Positions 52,936-64,000 of a stretch of DNA of 64,000 nt are shown here, piece after piece. The DNA is taken from assembly GCA_951406725.2 (NCBI GenBank), contig OX597825.1:2852001-2916000 (forward strand), given 5' to 3'. A program made the translations under genes and the position numbers. This DNA comes from Octopus vulgaris. Its lineage: Eukaryota. Each line of letters begins with the position of its first letter. The stretch's first letter is position 1. Below the pieces are notes generated by a model, which was not told the DNA's origin, did no database searches, and was given only the letters and a program-made list of their open reading frames with translations.

Positions 52936-55900
52936 GGGAGGAAATTATCATTCGGGACATTTAGAGCAGTTTCTGTCTATTAAACCAAAAACTATGGAGC
53001 ATCTGCGAACTAAAAGCACTTGAAACCTAGCTATATACCTTCTCACCTCTAGCACCATTAAAATTCCCGGCACCTCCTCCACTAACAAACCTTACCCCTA
53101 CCCGCTTCGTCAGCATCAACATGAACAAGAGCGTATACACGACCACCCTTTCTCGCACCAATCACCCCAGCCCATCCCACTGCTTTAACAATCTTGATAT
53201 ATTGAAACATTTTAAACTGGAATATTGGCACAGAGATTCCAGTGAGCATGATTTTCTCTATAGACTAGTTAAATTTTCTTGTGAGTGGGTATTTTAAACT
53301 GATGGTTCTGGCGTTAAGTTATTGGCTTTCGTCCATCAGGAGAATTATGTCTCTCCGCGCTGTTAAGTCGCTGGTTTTGGAATCAACGAAGTATTTCAAA
53401 CTTTCGGATCATATAAATTATATTATCATTTTCATTTTCCTCTCCACCGTTGTGCTGCCTCTCGCATATATTATTGTGATGTTCATTATAACTATTAGAG
53501 TTATAGCGACAACGTTGACGATGGCGCTATAGTACTGATGATATTAATAATACTTTTAGTAATAACAATAGTTATATAACTCGCAGAGCAAATACTGTTA
53601 GAACGGAAGAAACACCAAAGTAATATAAGAAGCAATAAAACAAATCACATTAGAAAACAAAATGCAAGTAACGAGGCAAGAAAATCGTTTCTCTTTGGGA
53701 ACTCGAATTATTAGAAATATTAGACATGTCTTGCGGAATTCACCGCACCGTCTTCAGATATTAAATAACACATTCGATAATATGATTCTGCCTATTGCAG
53801 ACCCTCCTGGGGCGAAACAACAAGAAAAAAGCAACTTACAGTATATCATTTGCCAAATGAAGGAAAAAAGAAACAAAGACTTTGTACATCGCTTCTCGGC
53901 GATAGTTCCCGCATCTTTTGAGTACATGGATGCATATTGTGATGCACGGCATCATATCATGACTGTTTTGAAAATATTATAAAATTTCTCATTGTATTAT
54001 GTTTCATTAAAAGACACCACTGCGGGTGGTCGGGCCACGAGCAGAATACGAGCCTTGTGCTTTCTTTACTCTTGAAAGGAAAAAGGATTTCTTGACCAAC
54101 GTGATATTTCAATTCAAACGATCGAACCAATAAAATCAATAATGGCTGGCGCAGTGCATTACGAGAATATCATTTAATTTTCGAAGAAAATTATTTACTG
54201 TCTTTACATTTGATGTTTCACGTCCTGATTTCAATCCTGGTTCAAGTAACGTAAAATGAATAACGTTTCAAGCAGTAGTGGTGGTGTAATCGGCTTCTCT
54301 TTCACAGAATTTGAGTTCTTGTCCCTAAGATATAAATTGTTATGCATTATAATATTAATGATAATATCAGTGGTGATGATGATGGTGACGAAGACGACGA
54401 TGACGATGATCATGATGATTATGGTTATTCCTATCAGGTCCTCAAGTTCGAGATCAAGATGCGCAAACATATTGAATATCACCCTTATCTCTCTTAATAT
54501 ATTTACGCTAAATGCACTTGAGGACTAGATCACAAATATTGAAGAACCGTTGACTACGACTAATAACCAATTACTTATTTTCTACAAGATTATTTATTTT
54601 ATTCATTAAAAAACAAAAATGCTTTTTACCTGGAATTCAAGACCAATACAGGAAAAATCTAATGTTTTGATGTAAGCCGAGAACTATTACCACGTCCTCG
54701 TAGTGATATATAAATATAATCCTATGAACCATGAATTCAGCTTCACAAATGCATTACGATTTCTTGTCATAAAGCAACATTCATTTCCAAATTTGCACAG
54801 TGACAATGGTCACTAACAAGAATTATTTTTTATACATTGTCCCTTCCTGTCGAATGATGGAGCTACAGACAGATATCAGTAATACAGTTTGTCTCTCATA
54901 GTTTTTGGGTTGTATTCAGTTATGCTTTTGTACTCAACTTTGCTAACTGAAGGTCGCTATGGCTACGTCTGCATTATGGTTCGAATCTGCTAAGAATTTT
55001 GTTTTTAAATATTTCACATATCACATTCCCTTTATTTTACGTATAAACGTAAAGGTAATTCCTCCAAGTAGTTGCTCGCATCACTGGACAGACGAGATGC
55101 TTATGCGTGGGTTGTATTTTATTATATGTTTATTCAAGCATGCTTCACAGTATTGTGGTTAAACGATGTTAATTGCTGACAAACTCTATCGAAAGTTGCT
55201 TCAATTCTATATAAAAAAATACCCATATACTAAGAATGCCTTAATTAAATCAGCTCGCGTTGTTGTATTTTTTCTGCGTGGAGAATGAAGAAACAAATCT
55301 TCAAATTTTCAGATATCAACTGGATCCGAACTCTTTCACGCGAGCAACATCCGCTGAGTGAACTTCAAAGAAAGTTCGTAATATTTGCGGTCGAAAATCG
55401 GACGCTCGAGAACAAAAAAGTTAATCCGATACATTTCTGTGCATTTTCGGTCTCGAAGGTAACGGCCACCCAAAACATAAAGATAGAAGACGCTTTATCA
55501 AGTGTTCATGCTATATGAGCAACCCACAAACAAAATGGATTCGTAGGAATTTATTAAAATGAAAATAAATCCTTTTGGTACTGATTTTATGACGATGTTA
55601 CTGATTTGAATGTGGCTAGCAAAGGTGAATCAGATCGACGTTCAAAAACATTTACTTTGTATTTCAGCATTGGGTGGACATTTTGTTTGCCAATTTAGAC
55701 GACAGAGCGGAATTTTAGTTGATAACTTCCTTTAATGTCTGATATGGCTGAGGGTAAATGGTAGTATAAATTGGAGACGATATAGACATGTTGTATTTAG
55801 GCAGACGTAAAGTACAATGCCTGAACATTGAAACCACCATCATTATTAGCATTTATGCTGATTTCCAAAATATGAAATTGAAAAGGAATTCCTGAATGTT

Positions 55901-57570
55901 GCGCAAATCAAGAGACAACCAAAGCAAAAATGAAGGCGTCATAAATGGAAAATTATGTGTGAGATATTTATTCGGTGTGGAGATGGCATGAAATTAGTTG
56001 AGAGGATTAGTGCGTATAAGAGTGGTCTCAGATTAGAAATAGACAGAGTACAGTCTATGTTTGCACCATAGTTTGTAGTGTGTTGAATGCGATCTAGAAT
56101 GTGTTATACTTAGCAGCATAACCGTCTTAGGTGAAAGAAATGTAGTGCTTTGTTGCCTGTCTTCTGAAAAGTCTAATAATTTAGATTTTACCTAAGTCAC
56201 TCTTTTTGGGAGAAATAAAAGCGAGAGGGCTGCTCTGTACGAAATACTGGATACTATGAACAACCCGGTTAAATAGCTCAGTACGTAGCTGTTTGCAATA
56301 GTCACATCACTGTGTTGTTAGGAATTTCACCTCAGAATTACAATTTACTGGACATGATCACATTTGCACATAGCCTTAAGCAAATGTGTTCTACCATATT
56401 TTCATTCCCACCCAAAGTTTGAGAGTGAAATTGAGCAGGCAAGATGTGTGGGTTAAACATGTAATTGAAAACCATATAACTAAAATGATGTCCGTTTCTT
56501 TAACGAATAGTTTCTTAAATGTAAATCTATCCATTCCACAGATTTCAGCTTTGGGAAAAATAATTGAATAATTTTGAAATCAATTTTCTTAAAACTGCAG
56601 CAAACGAATTATGTTTGGTTTGTATTTCCAAAGGCTTCAACATAATTTGTGATCGGTGTGTATTATGCAAATGATTCGGACTTAGAATATAGAGAATTGG
56701 ATCAATACAACTGTGCATATATGCAATGATGCCATGGTGATGGGGAAACTTGAATTGTGGGAATGTGAAGGTTCCATCGTACGAAAATTTTAGATTCGTT
56801 TTCTAAGGTTATATTTGATTTTTTAAAATATAGTAATTTCGCATGATGCATCACCACTGTTGTCAAGAAAAATCTATTCAGCTGCATACGTTCGAAATAT
56901 ATCAGGAATTATAAGGTATTCCTAACTGTCAGTATTGACCGGATATCCTGTCAGATTGTTCCGCTATCAAAGTTCAGGTTTTTCTAGATTTCTATGAATG
57001 CAAATGAACCCTTAACATGTTTCCGTCAGGTGATCTGAACATTCGTTGAAACTAAGGACATTTCTTTTAACGCTTGAAGAGGACGGGATTTTATTTTCGA
57101 AATGTCTATTTCTTTTTCCACTTCAACAACATTGGTGGCATGTGAATGTCTGTAAATATATTTCTGTATATTACCATTCTTTAAAGAATTTCACGCTTTG
57201 CATTCATTCCTACATTCAGATAACTAAAAATGAGTGACCTAACGGCAGCACCATTATCCAAAATACACTTACATACCTATAGCTATCCGACAATATTATG
57301 TCCGTCCTTCCTGTGAAAGATTTGGAGATGCCATTGCAGAATAGAATTGGAACTGAATATATATAACTTACTACTTCAAGTGCAACCGAATGTGGTTTCC
57401 ATATCCTTTGGTTTTAACTCGTCCAAATGATCCACAAATATTGGTGATATATAGGTTTAAATTATTGATATATATAATTTTTGGTGAGAGGAATTTATTT
57501 GATAATAAAAATTAAATTATAAAAGTTGGTGTACACGTCCATGTAGTTGTAGCGATTTCTTATAAATATT

Positions 57571-57757
57571 TATTTCTGACAGGGGGCTAAACATAGAGAT
57601 GCCAAGCAAGGACATACAAAGGGTTTAAGTCGATTAGATCCCAAAAGGAGGAGAGGCAAATTCGACGTCGGCGGAATTTGAACTCAGAACGTAACGGCAG
57701 ACGAAGTACGGCAATGCGTTTCGCCCAGCCTGCTATCGTTTCTGCCAGCTGCCACCC
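57571..57757 (-). mobile_element. Meta-domain SINE, tail A, internally deleted
   Basis: GGCGGAATTTGAACTCAGAACGTAACGGCAGACGAA, head TTCTGCCAGC, tail GGGGGCTAAACATAGAG. Confidence 0.85.
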
Positions 57758-59393
57758 TATTTCTGATAGATATTGGATTATGAAGTTATATCACCCAGTC
57801 TCGAAATAATTAGTATACGGATGGAGAGAATGTATTCATATTCAAGTAAATACACTCACACAGAAACACACACAGAGATACAAACACACGCACACACAGA
57901 CAAGCAAACACACATTCAAACATGGACACATTCACAAACCAAAACACGAGCTCGCAAGTAAAGCACCCTCATCCATACCCAATAACCGACCCAACAACCC
58001 ATAAATATATATATATATGTATGTGTATCAATATGTCTGTCTATGTATCCAATTATCTATATATATAGACCCCGACAGGCTGAAAGTCAGTTTATATATT
58101 TATATATATATATATATATATGTGTGTATATATATATATGTATAGATAGATAGAGAGAGAGAGAGAAAGAAAGAGAGAGAGAAGAAAGAAAGAGTATGAG
58201 AAAAGCTGGCGTACGTATAGCACTATTTCATATATTTGTATGCATGTGCTCTTCATTTCCAAGAGTAGGTCAAAAGCAAGTATAGAGTTGCATGTTTCCA
58301 ACGCAACGGAGCTAGAACATCCTTTGGGCATTCATTTACCACAAATCAATTTGGTCTAGAGTACTTTCTGAGCAGTATAATATGTTTAAGTAAATTGCAT
58401 TTTGCCATATTATATCGAAATGACTATACATTTAAAGATATTGTAAAAAAGAAAGCAAAACAACAAAACAAAAAACAAAAAAAAACAAAAAAATGAATAC
58501 TAGCTTTTGTTTTCAGCCATGAAAAAAAGAAGCGTTTGTCGTCCTTTACTGATCAATGAACGCATTTTCTTATTACAAATATACTATGTATAACTGAAAG
58601 CCCCAGCTATCAGGCGGACTTATTCTAAGTACATAATTCAGTAGATTGTTTATACAATAGCTAATGTATCAATGCAGAATGGATTTTAAATCAGTAAATA
58701 TAGGGAAAATAGGTTTTGTATTGAATTGTATAAATGCATGTGCTTGGTCTCAACTCATTTATTAAATTATCAAGTGATTTATTCCATGTAGGTATAATTA
58801 AATATATGGAGACATCAGTTAATTTTCTAATTCTTTCCTTACTGGTTAACGACATTATTGATGGAATCAGTAATGTTTGGGTGCCAGTGGCGTTTTTGTT
58901 TCTCGTTATCATTGTTATTTGCGTTTTTAATGAAGATTATCTTAACAATTAATGTCCAAATATCAGCCTTAACAACCCAGTGTTATTCATGTGATCGCAT
59001 TCAATTAAGTAACTATTCTTATTCAATCTGTAACTGGTATTGACCATTGCACTGATTAACGACAAGCAACAGGAGTGACCAGGACCAGAGGAGCAATGCC
59101 GACGACTACGGGGAAGTGTAAACTATGATATAAAAAATCTTAATTACGAAATCTAAATGTTCTTATTCACCCGCTGTAACACGGCAGAAATAGATCCGTT
59201 GTTGTCTCCAGGAATATAAAAAGGAAATATACCCAGTAGAATTGCAGAAACTAAAGAATTTCATGATATAAAAGAAAAAGTTCGTCCACAAAATGAAGCA
59301 GCATAACTCCCACACCAATACACAAAAGGAAACCAAGAAAAAGGCGTTTCAATATAGAATAATTCAATTCTATTCCCCTCCAAAACAAATATT

Positions 59394-59584
59394 TATTTCT
59401 TTATTGCCCACAGGGGGCTAAACATAGAGGAGACAAACACGAGGTGGTACTTATTTAATCGAGCCCGAAAGAATGAAAGGTAAATTCGATCTTGGCGTAA
59501 TTTGAACGCAGAACGTAACGACAGACGAAATAGCGCTAAGCATTTCGCCCAGCCTGCTAAAGATTCTGCCAGCTTACCGTCCTA
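59394..59584 (-). mobile_element. Meta-domain SINE, tail A, internally deleted, with degenerate 16-bp TSD
   Basis: CTCCAAAACAAATATT (59378-59393) versus CTCCAAAATCAATATT (59585-59600). Confidence 0.85.
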
Positions 59585-62534
59585 CTCCAAAATCAATATT
59601 ACACATATGTCTAGGCGAATAAAGAAGATAAATCTAATGCCACCAGGAGGAATTCACATCACATTCAACTGGCATCTATTCAAGGAATGATGCGAAGAAA
59701 ATATACCTTATGTTGACTTGTGCCCATACCACGCACACTCTGTTGATGTTTACGAAATATAACAAATCCGTGTATGAATATTTACAATCTTAGTCAAGTA
59801 GTACTTGTTTATATATCTTCTCGGAAATTCTAATGAAGTATGCAAAAGTAAAACAATAATAACATGTCGACAGCTATTTGGGAAATGAAAAAAAATGATC
59901 GTTCATCAACTGAAAAGTATCGTTTATATGGCGATGCACTTTGCGTAAAGGATAAACAAATAATTATAGTCCTTACTGACATGAATGTTAGTAGAGTGAA
60001 ACAATGCATGACTTGTGAATAAATGAATCATTATGGGACAGAACTTAATGAAGCCAGACGGAAAAACCTGAATCAAAAGTGCGTAATTATGGGGAAAAAA
60101 CTAATTAACAAAATCAGATGAAAATAATCACTTCTTCGCAGAGATATTAGGTGAAACTAACTAAAAGTTATGGAGTATTCTTATGAGAAATATATTTATA
60201 CACATGCTTTATGGAAAATAATTCTGTCTAGAACAGAGTAATTTAACCAGCATCAACATTGTTTGAGGAAACCCAAAATATACGTATTTCTTACATCATT
60301 TAAGTCGGGACAAGAAACCTTACACAAACTGAAGGAAAGAAGAGATTTGATTGTGAAAACCAAGCTTGTACCGAGACGGATTTTATCAAACACCAGTAAG
60401 CCTTGAGATAAATATAAATAAACCAAACTAATTATTATCAATGTTATAACAAAGGTATCTGATAAAAAAAGAAGGTTCTTGAATGGTGAAATCCCTTGGT
60501 TAAACGCATATCAAATTTAGTTTTATAGAAATTTACAAATACTTTGAGAATTTATTTTTCAAGAGATAATATCACTTTCAGCAGCTGCTGTAATAATAAA
60601 GCAAAAGATGTAGGAGTGTGGTAATCGATTGAAGAGTGGAACAAATATTTCAAGACAGCTGTAGAATAACGAAGGGCATTGTGTTTCACTCTGCAGAGAA
60701 TTTAACATTCTTTTATCTACCGGTATCTACAGAGACACTTAAGAAACTCCATTATATATTAGATAAGATAAGAAACAATGACGTCATATTAGAAACTATT
60801 AAATAACACCTTAACTGAGGAGCCGGAAATTCAGTCGATTGGGTGACTGAGTACACATCGACGACCGATGGGGATCCGTGACGTAGACCAGAAGCTTGAA
60901 ATTATTCTTTTGCATGTTTCCCGCTGCTGTTACCATGTGAGCCATGCTTCCACTGGGAGAATAACATTTTTTAGATTGGATGCTTGTCTAGCAGTTTCAA
61001 AACAATTTCATAGTTGTTCGTTTTCCTCTGATTAAGCTGTGTTGATGTCACTGACCACTACTTTCGTGTTCCATTTAACATATTGGCTGTTTAGTCCTCC
61101 ATAAAATGCGGTACAACTTGATATAACGAATAGCGCTGAGTTTCGTATTTTTACCGTTTCAGATTACTTCATACAGAGAGATTTTTTTGTCTCGTGTGCA
61201 TGTTGTTTCTTAAAATGTAACGAGCGTATCACGTTCTTAATTTTATAAAAGCATGTCAGCTGTATTGTTTTGGTTAACCTTAAATCGCATCTCAAATGCT
61301 ATTCCCAAAAGTAAGAGTGTCATTACTCTCTCATAGGGTTTCCTAGATTGATTAGTCATGAAGAAGATTGCAAACAAACATAAGGTCCAAACCCAATTGT
61401 GATGTTGTTTTGTTAAACCACACATTGTATTTAGTAGCGAAGTGCGAAAGCAACAACTGGAGTGTTATATATTATTGTGTAGTAAAACTGAAGCTTCCGT
61501 CCATGTAAATTCTAACGTGTTATGCATTCTATTATTTCAAAAGCAACTGACATTTATTTTACAGAATCGTTTTGAATGAATTCAGTGAGATCGTTTTATT
61601 GGACAGGAATTTAGTACAGTCTTGAATTTATACATTTACGTTTCTGAACGTGATACACACCGAAGAAAAATGTATTATTTTCGATGTTAAAGAATTCTTG
61701 TGGCAATCTCTAGTTGTATGGTAGTATTCGTTTCCTGTCCGAGATGAAACGCCTTTCAGTATTTCGAATAAAACTATTACAAATATCTATTTAGATTTGG
61801 TCGATTCATGGCCCATAGATTAAACCCGAAGTCAATGCGTGGAGCTACATCCTAGAGTGCAGTTTCCGATATGTCTAAAGTCTAATAGATGATAAATAGA
61901 TAATCATGTAAAGGTTTTGAAATAAAGAAAACACAGTGTATTGTATTCTTAGATGGGTTGCCATCAACTTTTCCATTCAAATATAGATGGGAGCGTTGCA
62001 ATAGGCAGGGATTTATGGAATGATTAATGGCCCTTCCGGATTATTTTATAATTAGATTTTATTTCCAAGGACGATCAATGTAGCTAATTTTATTGGGTTA
62101 GGAGTCCTTAAATTAGACCCAAAGTTCATCGATAGTACGAACAATATATATTTACCAAAAATTAAAGTCTTTAAAATGAGTATTTCGAATACTGTATTCA
62201 ATATTGAATTATTAAATACTAGACTCTCGGAAGAAACTCTTTTCCTTGCAAAGTATGTCAATACAATTTTTTTGAATCAAGAGTGACCAAAGGAATATAG
62301 ACAAGAAAACGAAACAATGACAAAAGTGGTTCCATTACCTCTGTCATACAATGTAGAGAAATTCAAATAGAAATTCAAATAGAAACAGGCAACATTTAGA
62401 TGGAGAACACGATTCGCTCCGCTTCTAGATATTTAGTTTACAGTGTTGAAAATAGGTGTAGGGAAGAAAGGCCGTGAAATTGCAAGAAACTTATGTGATT
62501 ATTCTTTAATAAAATTGGACAGTTCAATGAATTA

Positions 62535-62565
<31 letters not shown>

Positions 62566-62647
62566 TACACTCTCTCTCTCAAACTCTATATCTCTCTCTT
62601 TGCTGCATATGGAATTGGCTTTAAATTTGAAAGAAAATTAGAAAACG

Positions 62648-62685
62648 AAATGTCCCAGAATGTCCCAGAAATGTCCCAGAATGTC
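62648..62685. repeat. Three-copy ~10-bp tandem repeat (AATGTCCCAG)
   Basis: Seen directly. Confidence 0.85.
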
Positions 62686-64000
62686 TGGCTAATGTTTCGA
62701 ATTCCTTAACATAGCCGAGCAGCGTGGCAAAAGAGATTTTATCTGACAAAGCAAATTGCATTGAATTAAATGTGAATGTTTATTCTAATGGAAGAAGACG
62801 TCCCTAATATTTCAAACAACGATTTCTTTTTTTCCGAAATGAGAACGAGTCCCGTGAGTCTACGTTTCATGCTTAACACAAATCAGCTACAACAGAATTT
62901 TAATCCGGTAAGGCTTAGTAACACCAATTGCTAACCACTGTCTACCCCTGAATAATGTTTTAGCGTTTGCTGTTTTTAAAAATTTATTTTTGCTTCTGAC
63001 CAAGAATCAACACAACGATACTACCTTTATCTGACTTGGTTTTTCTCTATAGCAATTCACAAAGGCTGCATTTGACACATGAATAGGCCATTCAGACTCC
63101 AAGGACCTCCCTGTCAACCTAACAAATTGGTATTGTCAGTAGATTGTTGGAAAGGGAACTACAGTTCCCTTAATGTCTCCATGCTGTGTGTATTTGTCAT
63201 ATAAGTTGCTTTTTTCCCCTTCAAATATGTCTAATAATATACTTTTTTCTGACGGTTTCAAACATCAATCATGTAGAGAAATCCATTAGTTCAATATTAT
63301 TCAGTGATGTTAGATTTCGGAAAATTACACAGTAGGTACTTGGCCGTCATAAAAGTTTGCAATTAGTGACCTTCAGGTCATTGCAGCAATAAAATATTCA
63401 TGAATCAAATATTCATATTCGCCCCTCCCCCCTCTACCATTACCTTCTGATACCGTTTACCATTTTGTCCTGACAGCAACTTTTATAAAAGTTGCCAATG
63501 TATTAGTTAGCTTCCATTTTTTTCTATTTCATATTTATATTTTTAAATTTTGTTTTTAGCACTTAAAAATCAACATATTAGAACACACCTTTGCTAATAT
63601 TCACATTTTTTGCTAAGGTTCTTCAAAACATCACATAATTATTCCTCTTTTCACTTCGATTCTTTATTTTCGTTTAATGAAATAGTTCAATAGTTTCTAT
63701 CTTCATAATTCACATAATTTTAGCTCGCCTTGTCACAAAATATCTTACAAAAATATACATGAAACAGAGGGGCAGTAGATATAAAGAATGCATTTATCAC
63801 AGACAATAGATATTTTCATTTTCCTCGTACATTTTATAGAAATATTCATTAAGTGTGTATATTCCAGCAGCTCATAGGCACATACTGAATTGCCACAAAC
63901 TGTTGTCAGTGAAAGAAACTGCCAAAGTAATGCTGTAGTGGTTATTTTATCTGTTAAATGAGCCATCTTTTCTCAATGGCATTTATTGGTGACCGGCAAC

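Overview
AT-rich animal DNA, very dense in microsatellites. The SINE and LINE repertoire points to an octopod cephalopod, probably Octopus (inference from repeat families I recognise, not from a search). I cannot support any intact host protein-coding gene, tRNA or rRNA gene. Almost all listed ORFs are translations of (TA)n, (CA)n or (AAT)n arrays, or are antisense shadows of decayed transposons. The window reads as intergenic or intronic DNA holding a transposon fossil record: decayed mariner and Tigger/pogo transposases; CR1-group, R4/Dong and Tx1/L1-like LINE fragments; and many tRNA-derived SINEs of at least three families, several with target-site duplications (TSDs). The most interesting locus is 20.0-21.5 kb. 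It holds a tRNA-head/(AAT)n/hammerhead-ribozyme element, consistent with a SINE mobilised by Penelope-like elements. One copy was inserted with an inverted duplicate of its own head inside a 12-bp TSD, next to a second element carrying a variant hammerhead. Other notable points: a SINE and a LINE share a 3' tail with a covarying stem-loop, Meta-domain SINEs occur as multimers with exchangeable tails, and fold-back palindromes are centred on (TA)n. All family assignments come from manual translation and alignment against remembered consensus motifs and need confirmation by database search.
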